Origin: a bacterium
GTDB lineage: Bacteria > Patescibacteriota > Dojkabacteria > SC72
Assembly: GCA_021463465.1 (NCBI GenBank)
Contig: JAJTYH010000002.1
Location: forward strand, 1,347 to 65,346
Length of the DNA: 64,000 nt
Direction: 5' to 3'
Position 1 is the stretch's first letter; every line of letters begins with the position of its first letter. The translations under genes and the position numbers were made by a program. Below, one piece after another: positions 40,760 through 50,665 of the stretch. The notes below the pieces were generated by a model that ran no database searches, had not been told where the DNA came from, and saw nothing but the letters and a program-made list of their open reading frames with translations.

Positions 40760-41851
40760 TTAGTTAATGCTTCCTATCAACTGATAAATCGGTCCTACAA
40801 TTGTTATTGCCAAAACCCCAATCATCACGGCAACTAGAATCAACATAACTGGTTCAAGTAGTGTTGCTAGATTTTCGGTCAAGTCAGTAACCTCCTCAGT
40901 ATAGTAATCAGCTAAGAAAGCAAGGTTCTCTTCCAGAGTGCCAGTACCTTCAGAAATCTCCAGAATTTTGGTATATGTCTCAGGAAATAATTTGGGGTGC
41001 AGTGCTAATGCCGTAGCCAGGTTTTTACCACCTTTTACATCTTTTCTAACCTCTTCCAAGGCATTTATATACTCCGTGTTATTGACACTTTCTGCTGCAA
41101 CTTTAAGCGATTGCGAGAACGAGGTACCGCTTTCTAGCAAAATTCCCAACGTTCGAGAGAAGTTTGCTAAAAAACGAAAGCGATTTACCTTTCCAAGTAC
41201 AGGAAAGCGAAGTGAAATATAGTCAGAGATACGCCTTCCAATTTTGGTCTTAAGAAAGATATACCCAATCAGTCCAAGTGCCACTACTCCTAGCAAGATA
41301 TATAAACCATTAGTTCTCATGAATGCCGTAGCATCGAGAATCGCCTTAGTAAATGGTGGAATGTTCTTAAATGAGCTAAAAAGTGCTTCCATTCTGGGCA
41401 GAATGAAAAACACCATTCCCAACATTTCAACTCCTGTCAAAGAAAAAATGATAATAGGGTAGGTCATAGCTCCTTTAATCCGCTTATCAAATTCATACTT
41501 CTTTTTCAGATACTCCGCCAAAAAAAGCAGGTTCTTCTCTAATACCGCTGCCTCTTCACCCACAGTAACAAGTGAGACTACCATCTCAGAAAAAATCTTA
41601 GGATATTTAGACATAGATGAAGATAAGTTATTTCCTGCGGCCAAACTCGAATAAATCTCTTCGAAAGCTTTTCGTAAGCGTGCGTCCTCAGACTGTTTAC
41701 CAAGAACTTTAATACTCTCAGAAAGTGATAAACCGGATTTAAGCATCAGTGCAAGATGGCGAATTGCTAGTGCAACATGTAAATCAGACACTTTGCTTAA
41801 GTAGACTTCTGACGTAATACCAGGTTTTTTAACTTCTCTGGGTTTATTCAT
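40760..41851 (-). CDS. pilC: Type IV pilus/T2SS platform protein
   Basis: Two T2SSF repeats (LALMLKSG; LGILLESG), AMTYP, LLEP. Confidence 0.92.
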   Translation of the reverse strand: MNKPREVKKPGITSEVYLSKVSDLHVALAIRHLALMLKSGLSLSESIKVLGKQSEDARLRKAFEEIYSSLAAGNNLSSSMSKYPKIFSEMVVSLVTVGEEAAVLEKNLLFLAEYLKKKYEFDKRIKGAMTYPIIIFSLTGVEMLGMVFFILPRMEALFSSFKNIPPFTKAILDATAFMRTNGLYILLGVVALGLIGYIFLKTKIGRRISDYISLRFPVLGKVNRFRFLANFSRTLGILLESGTSFSQSLKVAAESVNNTEYINALEEVRKDVKGGKNLATALALHPKLFPETYTKILEISEGTGTLEENLAFLADYYTEEVTDLTENLATLLEPVMLILVAVMIGVLAITIVGPIYQLIGSIN

Positions 41852-43196
41852 GCAAAGAGGTAACCTTAACTAATTCGTCTAAAGTAATCATTCCAGTTCT
41901 AAGTTTAATCATTCCGTCTTCCATAAGTAGTACTAGACCGTTTTTACGGGCAACAGATAGTAGCTGGTCAGCTGTAACATTCTTTGCAATAACCTCTCGT
42001 ACATCTTTTGTAACTTCAAGTAATTCATACAAGCCAATTCGGCCTTTATAACCTAAGTTGTTACATGCATTGCAACCTACAGAATCGTAGACTGAATCAC
42101 CTACTTTAAGTAATTTAACAATATCTGCCCTAATTTTAGACAGCTCGTCTAAGTCAGCTTTATTAACTTTCCTAGCTTTCTTACATTCCTGGCAAAGTCT
42201 TCTGGCAAGTCGCTGCGCAATCACTAAAGTCAGAGTAGAGGCAGCCAGATAACTCTCAATTCCCATGTCTGTTAAACGAGGAATAGTGGTAACCGCATCG
42301 TTCGTGTGTATTGTCGAAAGCACTAGATGGCCTGTCAAAGCAGCATTAATGGCAATACGTGCTGTCTCAGCATCACGAATCTCACCAATCATCATAATAT
42401 TTGGGTCTTGTCGTAAAAGAGCTCTAAGCCCAGTTGCAAAGGTCAAATCAGTTTTGGTATTCACCTGCACATGATTAACACCCTCAATGTCATACTCCAC
42501 TGGGTCTTCTACCGTAACAATATTCTTCTCACGGGTATTTATCCCCTTAAGTAATGTATAAAGAGTTGTAGTTTTGCCTGACCCAGTTGGACCTGCAGCA
42601 ATAATCATACCGAAAGGTTTCTTCTGATTCTTCTCTACAATCTCCAGGTCTTTGGCTGAAAACCCAAGGTCTGTAAGGGTAAAGTCGCGTCCAGTATCGG
42701 TTAAGAGTCTAAATACGACTTTTTCTCCCTTGGTAACGGGCAAAATGGAGATACGGACATTGAGCTTTGCACCATCAATCTTAAACTCCACACGGCCATC
42801 CTGGGGAATGAAGTGCTCATCTGTTTGCAGTCTCGAGATAACTTTAATCTTAAAAATCAACAGATGTTCCATCTCTTTAGGAATCTCTAACATATCGTGA
42901 AGGGAGCCGTCTATTCTGAAACGAATAATCATTGAAAGCTCACGAGGTTCCATATGAATATCGGAAGCACGATTAAGCAATGCCTCTTTCACTATACCTT
43001 CAAGCAATACCCCTACATCTTCGGAAATGTCATTTTTGAGGCAGAAGTCCACTTCAGGACTGGTTACAAAGCCTTCAGCCAATCGGCGAATATGTTTTAA
43101 TTCTTCTTTAGAGTCAACAGGTAGTGTAGCTTCAGTCTTCGACTCCTCTTTCGAAACCTTCTCCTCTTTTTCCTCCTTTAAATCTATCTTTTTCAT
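41844..43196 (-). CDS. pilB: Type IV pilus assembly ATPase, short N-terminus
   Basis: ASDIH, PQDGR, GPTGSGKTTT, EDPVE, LRQDP, GEIRD, TGHLV, two CxxC. Confidence 0.93.
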   Translation of the reverse strand: MKKIDLKEEKEEKVSKEESKTEATLPVDSKEELKHIRRLAEGFVTSPEVDFCLKNDISEDVGVLLEGIVKEALLNRASDIHMEPRELSMIIRFRIDGSLHDMLEIPKEMEHLLIFKIKVISRLQTDEHFIPQDGRVEFKIDGAKLNVRISILPVTKGEKVVFRLLTDTGRDFTLTDLGFSAKDLEIVEKNQKKPFGMIIAAGPTGSGKTTTLYTLLKGINTREKNIVTVEDPVEYDIEGVNHVQVNTKTDLTFATGLRALLRQDPNIMMIGEIRDAETARIAINAALTGHLVLSTIHTNDAVTTIPRLTDMGIESYLAASTLTLVIAQRLARRLCQECKKARKVNKADLDELSKIRADIVKLLKVGDSVYDSVGCNACNNLGYKGRIGLYELLEVTKDVREVIAKNVTADQLLSVARKNGLVLLMEDGMIKLRTGMITLDELVKVTSLHE

Positions 43197-43234
43197 TATG
43201 GGCAGTATAAACGAGTAATGCTAAAATATATCAG

Positions 43235-43267
43235 AAAAAAGAAGGGGTGTCATAGGACACCCCTTTC
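43235..43267 (-). terminator. Intrinsic terminator after the major pilin
   Basis: Minus strand AAGGGGTGTC-CTAT-GACACCCCTT followed by CTTTTTT. Confidence 0.85.
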
Positions 43268-43289
43268 AACTGCAATGAAGTTACTAACT

Positions 43290-43724
43290 TTACTGAGTTA
43301 CTGAAATCACCTTACCGTTTTCTGCGTTAGGTGCATTTACTTGGACACGGTTTGTAGCCGTAGTACAAATTGTATATCCAGTTACAGCATCAGTACCACC
43401 AGTTGGATCAGCAGGAATAGCAGGAATATAATCAGGAACCAAAGTAGTCCCGAGATTCAATCCAGCTGTACCAATAGAAGTTGGAGTCGCAGTACATGCT
43501 GCAATCGTACCAAGACTGGCAACAGTGTTGTTACCTGCAACATACTGGGATACTGCACTAAGTATTGCACTCACTTCAGATGCTCTCTCTGCATTTCGAG
43601 TATCTGCAAAGTTCTTATTTGGGTTAATAGCAACAATCGTTACAGTTGCCAAAATAGCAATCAATGCTACTACTACAAGGATTTCAATAAGGGTAAATCC
43701 TTGGAATTTACTTGCTCGCTTCAT
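43290..43724 (-). CDS. Probable major type IV pilin
   Basis: QG-FTLIEILVVV; 144 aa; two Cys; own terminator. Confidence 0.88.
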   Translation of the reverse strand: MKRASKFQGFTLIEILVVVALIAILATVTIVAINPNKNFADTRNAERASEVSAILSAVSQYVAGNNTVASLGTIAACTATPTSIGTAGLNLGTTLVPDYIPAIPADPTGGTDAVTGYTICTTATNRVQVNAPNAENGKVISVTQ

Positions 43725-44028
43725 AAATTAGACAGTTTATTTTAAATCTTAACCATTCAGTATTGCATAGGCTAAATGTGTAGTCAAGCACAGTACAATA
43801 GTCTAAAGACTGCCATCTTTGCCGTTAGTAATCAATCGATAAGCGAGCCTGTAGAAAGCAAAAAAGGTACAAGAAAAGAATCAGACAGGCATTCCGAAAC
43901 CCCTTGATGTTTACACTGATGAAACTATTGATTAGTTATTGAACGTTGTCGACTTGGAAAATATAACTACAGCGAACCTTTGTCAACATTTAGCCTTGCT
44001 CATGCCTGAATTGAAAGATTGGTTTAAA

Positions 44029-45483
44029 CTAGCTAACCGATAAATTGCCATTACTCAGATTCAAAATCTTATCAATATTCAAATGTTCAACCGAATATAC
44101 ATCGTGGGATATTAACAGTACAGCACCCTTAAACTCATTTAAACACCGTTCAACAACTTCTTTCGTTTCTATATCTAGATGCTGAGCTGGCTCGTCTAAA
44201 ATAAGGAACTGGTACTGATCCCTCTCACTTCTTTCAGAAAAAAGCGAAAATTTAAGTCGTGCCTGTTGCCCTGGTGAGAGTATTTTAACTGGTTTAAGTA
44301 AATCGTCTTGGGTAAACATATACTTTTCTAAAATTTTGGGTAACTGATAATACGAATAATTAGTGTGTTTTTGATAATAATCAATCAGTTTTTCTGTTTC
44401 ATTCATAGGTTTTTGCTTTTGCTCAAAATATCCTACATTTACATTCTCTCCTAAATGAATCTGACCACTGTCAAAAGCTTCTAATCCTAATATACACTTA
44501 ATTAAAGTAGTCTTGCCTTGACCATTGGCACCTAACAACCAAAGTTTTTCATTACCACGTATCTCCAAACTAATATCATCCAACACTACCTTTTCACCAA
44601 ACGACTTCGACAGGTTGCTGACCCTTACCACTAGTTTAGAAGAGTGAACTTCACCTTGAATTGTTAATTGTGCATACTCTTTCTTCACATACTGCTTTAC
44701 TTCACGGTCAGAAACTTCACGTTCAATTCGCTTTTTCGCTGCTTCAGTTGCACTACCACTACGACTACGGATAATCCCAGCCTGTGCTTTAGCCAACAAA
44801 ACTTCTAATCTTTTCTTATGTTCAATAAACCGATTGAATTCTAATTCCTTACGCTCTACCCACCTACTTTTATGTGACAGATAGTCAGTATAATTACCTG
44901 GAAATTGAAGTAATGAAGCTTGATCAAGCTCCCATATTTGGTCGACAGTGCTATTTAACAAATCACGATCATGCGATATAACTAAGATTGCCCCTTTAAA
45001 AGATTTAAAGAAGGTTTTCAACCATGAGATACCTAAAATATCTAAATGGTTGGTAGGTTCATCCATTAGTAGTAGGGTAGGGTTTTCATAAAGTATCGCT
45101 GCCAATTTAAGTCGCATCTTTTCTCCACCTGATAGCGTATTAATTTCCTGATACTGATCTACTAAAAAGCCAAGCTGTCCTAGCACTTTCTCAACCGTCC
45201 AAATATCCCCATTCTTCTTACAGATATCTTCAATATACTCCCCAACCAACATTCCTTCGTTAAAATCAAACTCCTGGTCTAAATAACCGATACGTTCACC
45301 ATCTAGCAAGAGTTTTCCCGAAGTAGGACTATGCTGTCCCATAATGATTTTGAATAGTGTGGACTTCCCTGTACCGTTACGACCAATCAAGCCTATCTTT
45401 TCGCCATTTTTGATAGCAAAGTTCACCTCTTTAAACAAGGTGTGATTGTTAAAAGTTTGTGTCAAACCAATACCCTTAATCAT
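44029..45483 (-). CDS. ABC-F family ATPase
   Basis: Two ABC domains (GRNGTGKST, LSGGE, DEPTNHLD; GANGQGKTT, LSPGQ), no TM. Confidence 0.92.
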   Translation of the reverse strand: MIKGIGLTQTFNNHTLFKEVNFAIKNGEKIGLIGRNGTGKSTLFKIIMGQHSPTSGKLLLDGERIGYLDQEFDFNEGMLVGEYIEDICKKNGDIWTVEKVLGQLGFLVDQYQEINTLSGGEKMRLKLAAILYENPTLLLMDEPTNHLDILGISWLKTFFKSFKGAILVISHDRDLLNSTVDQIWELDQASLLQFPGNYTDYLSHKSRWVERKELEFNRFIEHKKRLEVLLAKAQAGIIRSRSGSATEAAKKRIEREVSDREVKQYVKKEYAQLTIQGEVHSSKLVVRVSNLSKSFGEKVVLDDISLEIRGNEKLWLLGANGQGKTTLIKCILGLEAFDSGQIHLGENVNVGYFEQKQKPMNETEKLIDYYQKHTNYSYYQLPKILEKYMFTQDDLLKPVKILSPGQQARLKFSLFSERSERDQYQFLILDEPAQHLDIETKEVVERCLNEFKGAVLLISHDVYSVEHLNIDKILNLSNGNLSVS

Positions 45484-45522
45484 AAGGTTGATTTTAACAT
45501 GTTACACTAGTGGAGTAGAGGA

Positions 45523-46047
45523 CTAACGCTTTTTGGAAGCATTTCTTTCGAGTTCTTCTTCGTATCTGTCTTTCACTTTTAAGTACAAACCTAGAGAAAG
45601 TAGTAAGTAACAGAGAATCATAATCTGAAACCAGAGAAAACTTCCATAATCCACTTTTTGGAATGCGACTATATAAAGAGGTGAGGCGATAACATTTATC
45701 AATAAAGCAAAGGAATTAATTCTTAGAAACCTCTTTATTGCTTCAAACCCTAACACTCTTCTTATTACTGGCTCAGGCTTGGTATGCAAAATTACATCGT
45801 ATGCCTTACTCTCTTTATTTCCCCCAATTCCAATTTTTTTGAAAGCACTATTTGCTGACCAATCGAGGAAAAGGCCCGTAAAATAAAGAAAAGGAACAAC
45901 CAATATAAACAACAGGGGCGATCGAATCAAAAGCAAGTTATAAAACTTGTGGCCTTCGCAATAAAAAATCAGTGTTACAAGTGGGATACTCCATGCGCTC
46001 AGTCCTCCAATTATATATTCAATCATCATTGTAATCACAAAGTTCAT
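45523..46047 (-). CDS. Hypothetical four-TM protein
   Basis: 174-aa ORF with hydrophobic segments. Confidence 0.65.
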   Translation of the reverse strand: MNFVITMMIEYIIGGLSAWSIPLVTLIFYCEGHKFYNLLLIRSPLLFILVVPFLYFTGLFLDWSANSAFKKIGIGGNKESKAYDVILHTKPEPVIRRVLGFEAIKRFLRINSFALLINVIASPLYIVAFQKVDYGSFLWFQIMILCYLLLSLGLYLKVKDRYEEELERNASKKR

Positions 46048-46067
46048 ATCCTTAAATAAGGTATTTA

Positions 46068-46754
46068 TTACTGCTCAAAAACAACTGATTCTACTTTTGC
46101 ACCTAGTTTTTTCACAATATCAATCAACTCGTGCTTCATTGCTTTGGGACCACAAATATAAAAGTTTGTATTAAAGTCACCTACATTCTTCATCAAGAAA
46201 CTTTCATTAATCCTCCCATATTCTAAAGTGTTTTTTTGTTCACGTGTCAATGTAAAAATAAGATCTTGTGGATTACGATCAAATATCTCAATTAGTTCTT
46301 CCCTAATTATTATGTCTTCCTCGGTTTTGTTAGAGTAAAAAAGCTTATTACCTTCAATTTCGTTCTTGCTTTTTAATTCTCTTAAGATAGCTATAAACGG
46401 TGTTATTCCAGCGCCTCCAGCGATAAAAATACCTTTTCCTTGATAATTGATTGTCCCCCAAGGTTCACCAATTAGAAGTTCGTCACCCTCATTTAGCGTA
46501 TATAGCTTTTCAGTCATTCCAGAATGATTAGGAAATTCAGAAACATTATAGCTTTTGATTGTAAATTCAAGATGATTGTCAGAGTTCAGGCATGTGAATG
46601 TAAATGGGTGTAGGTTTTCAACCCATCCTGACTGGTTTATTGCAACATCTGTAGCTTGACCTGGCGTGAATTTATACCCGTTTGGTTTTTCCGTGATATA
46701 TCTACGTACATCGTGTGTAATATTCTCAATTTTTATAATTTTAACTTTATCCAT
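46068..46754 (-). CDS. Ferredoxin/flavodoxin-NADP reductase-like oxidoreductase
   Basis: FTPGQA, PFTFT, AGGAGITPF, FYICGP. Confidence 0.9.
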   Translation of the reverse strand: MDKVKIIKIENITHDVRRYITEKPNGYKFTPGQATDVAINQSGWVENLHPFTFTCLNSDNHLEFTIKSYNVSEFPNHSGMTEKLYTLNEGDELLIGEPWGTINYQGKGIFIAGGAGITPFIAILRELKSKNEIEGNKLFYSNKTEEDIIIREELIEIFDRNPQDLIFTLTREQKNTLEYGRINESFLMKNVGDFNTNFYICGPKAMKHELIDIVKKLGAKVESVVFEQ

Positions 46755-46770
46755 CTAAACTTTTATCAAT

Positions 46771-48045
46771 TTATTTGCCTCTAACTATATCACTTACTTC
46801 TTTTACAATCTTTGATGCACTATCAAAGTTGCCTTCTGATATTTTACCTTTGTGGAAGATTTCAAAAAAGAATTCATCTAACTTCTTAAGCGTAATTGAA
46901 TCTAAATTTGGATTGTATCTTCCAACTTTTCTCAAACTATCAGATCTATACATTGGGATTTTTGCAGTCTTATCTAATTCCTTTGATGAATGAGGAGACA
47001 CACCAGTGAAAGAGTAGTAAACAGTGGCAGCAAAGCTATACAAATCATCAAATTTAGTAGGAGAATTACCTAGTAGAATACTAGGTGACATATATTCAAA
47101 CGAAGAAACCGCGGCGGCTTCTTCAGGAGTTGTACTCTTAACTAGATCGACTGACTTAACAGATTCCATATCAATCATCTTTACTAAAGGTCTTGTATGT
47201 ACATCTTTTACATATTCTAACTGCCAATTACCTTTGCCACTGCTTGGAACAACAAATTGGCCGGGCTTAATATCTCTATGAACGGCATTGTTTGCGTGGA
47301 TATGATCAACAGCATTTGCACAATCACTTAACATCACTAAACGTGGTTCACTTTCTAAAAGAGTAACATCGATTCCTTCAAGAGAAGGTCCAGAAACATA
47401 TTCCATGACTAAAACTGGATGAAAAGCATCCCGAGAATTCGTTCCGTTACTCTCTTCTTTTCGAAGGAAAGTAGAATCATATATTTTAACAATGTTTGGA
47501 TGGTCAGGTACAGTATTAAAACCGAGCATTTCTTGCGTACTTTTAACAAATGCAGCATCAATCCCTTCAAAACTTGAATCAAATACTTTTATAGCAACTG
47601 GCCTTTCTAAACGTTCATCTTCTGCTAGCCAAACCTCTCCATAGCCTCCGTACTTACCTCCGCTTAAAAATCCAACGACATGGTATCTGCCGTCATTTTG
47701 TACTTCAAACGCTCGAAAGCTTCCAGTTGAACCCATCTTTACTATCGCAAAATCATGCTGTAAAACTTTAATCACATCATCGATATGCGGAAGCTTATCT
47801 TGTTCTAAGACTAACTGTTCACCAATTGTTGATACTTTGTCTCCCTCTTTAACTCCAATGGATGAGAATGAATCCGGTGCATTTATTTGAATATTCGGAG
47901 ATAGAACAACCTTACCATCTGAGAGTGGAGGACCAAGATTTGCCTTAAATTCTTTAACAGGAAACTCCATAACTATTGGCTCAAGGTTATCTGTTTTTGG
48001 ATTTCTTATTTGTCCGATTGTAGTTTTAAAGGTACCATCACCCAT
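46771..48045 (-). CDS. Divergent Hanks-type Ser/Thr kinase
   Basis: GGYGEVW, RPVAIK, HPNIVKIYD, LVMEYV, HRDIKPGQ, IDME, YMSP, DLYS. Confidence 0.85.
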   Translation of the reverse strand: MGDGTFKTTIGQIRNPKTDNLEPIVMEFPVKEFKANLGPPLSDGKVVLSPNIQINAPDSFSSIGVKEGDKVSTIGEQLVLEQDKLPHIDDVIKVLQHDFAIVKMGSTGSFRAFEVQNDGRYHVVGFLSGGKYGGYGEVWLAEDERLERPVAIKVFDSSFEGIDAAFVKSTQEMLGFNTVPDHPNIVKIYDSTFLRKEESNGTNSRDAFHPVLVMEYVSGPSLEGIDVTLLESEPRLVMLSDCANAVDHIHANNAVHRDIKPGQFVVPSSGKGNWQLEYVKDVHTRPLVKMIDMESVKSVDLVKSTTPEEAAAVSSFEYMSPSILLGNSPTKFDDLYSFAATVYYSFTGVSPHSSKELDKTAKIPMYRSDSLRKVGRYNPNLDSITLKKLDEFFFEIFHKGKISEGNFDSASKIVKEVSDIVRGK

Positions 48046-48089
48046 ACATGAGTATATTCATATCTTTAGAAGTAAATCAAACGAGATGG

Positions 48090-49862
48090 CTATAATTGGG
48101 ATTCAGCAAGCAAACGATAAGTAACAGCCTGTACAAACAAATATAAGTCATATTTAGAGGCTTTGGAAAGGTTTTCTAGAAATCGATTCAAATCAGGATG
48201 TGCTTGAGTCATAGTCGCAATAGCCTGCATATAACCTTTTTGTGACTTTATACTAGCAAGTAACCTGCGAGCGTAAGTAAGGTTTTCCTCTAAATTTGGA
48301 ATCGTTTCCCAATGATTGATATTGCCATTACTAAGATCTAATACGAAGTCTATTTTTTTCAATGGCTTCGAATCATTTGTTTTTGACCTATAAGAAACAA
48401 TAAACTGAGTTTTCTGATCACTAAAAGATGAGAAGCCTGTGAGATTAAAAGGGGTTTTACGTCTTAATTCAACTGAATCAGGAATATCAGTAGAAGGTGG
48501 TAAATCCAGAGCTTTTATATTGGTGATTCGTACTACAAAATCATTAGGTGAACGTGAATAGTCTTGGTTAGGAATGTTTATGATAATTTGAATATTGCCA
48601 TCTGCACTTACGAATTTCTTAATTAAACACGCTTTCCCCATTAAATTGTCTGGTGAATCAGCTATTTCAACCTCAAAATCACCTAGATTTACGGTCCCAC
48701 TTTCATACCATTCACCATTAAGCAGTTTAAGTACATCTTCATTATCCGAGACGCTTTCTAGTGATTCAACTCCTACGATGTTTAACTGAGAACTAAAAAG
48801 TAAACTAAGATATTTCGCAATTTCATTTTTAGTTTGGTCAGGGATGAACTTGGCATTTTTTTCACTTTCATAAAATATTCTTTTTAATGGTTTTTTATCT
48901 GTTTTCACGACTGCTTGAGGGATGAGTTTAATCGGTTTAACTAAGCCACTAAACTCAGCAATAAGGTCGGGAAGGGGAGTAGGGTGCTCTGGTGCAGGCT
49001 GACGGGTAATTGTATAGTTGATTGCAGATTGGTCTGAAAGCTCTTGGCTTAAATAATCAGTCAGGGTAGAAACAAATGCAATATTACATTGTGATAAATC
49101 TTTTTTTCTTAAATCTCGATGTTCCTTAAGAAATTTCACCAAATCTAACTGTTTTAAGTCAAAGTCTAAATTATATTTTTCAGCTAAAATAATACCATCA
49201 AGGATTCTATTTAATATATGGATTTCCGGACTTTGTTCATTCAGAGCTTTGGTTCTAGCTGTAATCTTTTCAATCAAATCATACACTGATACATCATCAT
49301 CTTGGCTCCGATCACTCTCGGTTAATATATTTACCACATCATCCGAGATTTCAATTTCATCAATTAATCCAGGAGTTAATCCTTTAGAGCCGTTATTCTT
49401 AATGAGTGTATCTTTACTACTAATTTGGAGGCTCTCCAAATATTCTCGTTCAAAAGTATCCCTTACATGCCTATACGCAACAATTTCATCTGCTGTTAAA
49501 GGTATGCTCTCAAAATCATTTAACTCGTAGTTAAAGTCAGTCAAAGTGTTATCTAACTCAGTACCTTTCAATGGAACCTGACCTGCCTCAATCTTTTTCT
49601 TTTTAACATCTTCCTTCATTGTTCCTATAAGTTGGAGATACGATGCAAGTGCAGAACCCCTTTGGTCCTGATTTAAATTTTCTGAGCTATAAATCAGTTC
49701 CGAGTTTAAATCCTTTAGCTCAGGGTAAAAAGATACACATTGAGACCTCAGGGCAAGAAGTGTTTCCTTTTCAAACGGGTGTAATTCAAATCGAACAGGT
49801 TGCGTTTTGACATCCTCAGTTGCAGCGATTTCGACTGAAATTTGTTTCCCATCTCTTAACAT
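48090..49862 (-). CDS. Hypothetical protein, 590 aa
   Basis: Long ORF, no motif recognised. Confidence 0.7.
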   Translation of the reverse strand: MLRDGKQISVEIAATEDVKTQPVRFELHPFEKETLLALRSQCVSFYPELKDLNSELIYSSENLNQDQRGSALASYLQLIGTMKEDVKKKKIEAGQVPLKGTELDNTLTDFNYELNDFESIPLTADEIVAYRHVRDTFEREYLESLQISSKDTLIKNNGSKGLTPGLIDEIEISDDVVNILTESDRSQDDDVSVYDLIEKITARTKALNEQSPEIHILNRILDGIILAEKYNLDFDLKQLDLVKFLKEHRDLRKKDLSQCNIAFVSTLTDYLSQELSDQSAINYTITRQPAPEHPTPLPDLIAEFSGLVKPIKLIPQAVVKTDKKPLKRIFYESEKNAKFIPDQTKNEIAKYLSLLFSSQLNIVGVESLESVSDNEDVLKLLNGEWYESGTVNLGDFEVEIADSPDNLMGKACLIKKFVSADGNIQIIINIPNQDYSRSPNDFVVRITNIKALDLPPSTDIPDSVELRRKTPFNLTGFSSFSDQKTQFIVSYRSKTNDSKPLKKIDFVLDLSNGNINHWETIPNLEENLTYARRLLASIKSQKGYMQAIATMTQAHPDLNRFLENLSKASKYDLYLFVQAVTYRLLAESQL

Positions 49863-49892
49863 TTCTTAAAGTTTGACAGGTTATTAATTAGT

Positions 49893-50552
49893 TTAAAGCC
49901 ATTTATTTAAATTTAGGGTGCTTTGGCCACTTTCATCTGTAACCATAGGCTGTTCTTTAGCCCAGTTTAAGAGATTCACTCTTTTGACTAAATTTGTCCA
50001 TTGACCATTTTCTCCAATAATCATTGAGTAGTCATCCGTTCCAAGGTTCTTAGCTAACACTTTAGATTTCATATTGGGATTTTTTGACTGCAACAACATC
50101 AATGCTATATACGCCATTTTTTTGTCAAAAGGATCGGAACTATCTGTGTAATCTCTATAAAGACATACTGTTATTTGACCATAGCCAGGTTCCATATCAA
50201 AACCACTTAAATCAGCCAAAATTACTTCACAAATATGTGGGTCAGTTAGTGGTTTAGAATCAGGCCCTCTTTTGTTATCAATTACACGTGCAAAAGAGTT
50301 AGAAATACCATCTGAAATCAACTCAACATTGTAAGGTGAATTTGAAAGTTCAAAGTCGGCCATAAAATATCCCACATCTGGCCCAATTGTTGGACATGCC
50401 ATTGTCTGAAATTGATATTGCCGTTGATTAACTGCTTCGTCTATGCCAATACCGGATAAATATTGCTCACTTTTTCCTCTAATGTATTTCACTTTTGCCT
50501 CACCCACAGTCATAGGAAGCTTATCCCTTACTGCTGTTTGTCTAGTAAACAT
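49893..50552 (-). CDS. Hypothetical protein, 219 aa
   Basis: ORF only. Confidence 0.6.
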   Translation of the reverse strand: MFTRQTAVRDKLPMTVGEAKVKYIRGKSEQYLSGIGIDEAVNQRQYQFQTMACPTIGPDVGYFMADFELSNSPYNVELISDGISNSFARVIDNKRGPDSKPLTDPHICEVILADLSGFDMEPGYGQITVCLYRDYTDSSDPFDKKMAYIALMLLQSKNPNMKSKVLAKNLGTDDYSMIIGENGQWTNLVKRVNLLNWAKEQPMVTDESGQSTLNLNKWL

Positions 50553-50665
50553 ATTTATAAGTATTGACTTAATAGAAAATTAAATCATAACTCCATATGT
50601 TTTACAATTATGATTAAGAGCGAACCGAAGTATTGTCAAGGATAATTGAATCAAAAAGGTTGATG

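Noticed and set aside
43804-44043. Plus-strand coding-like remnant with several stops, or a c-di-GMP riboswitch upstream of the pilin
   Set aside because: No start or recognisable family for the remnant; only a GGCAAA fragment matches the riboswitch, without the rest of the architecture.
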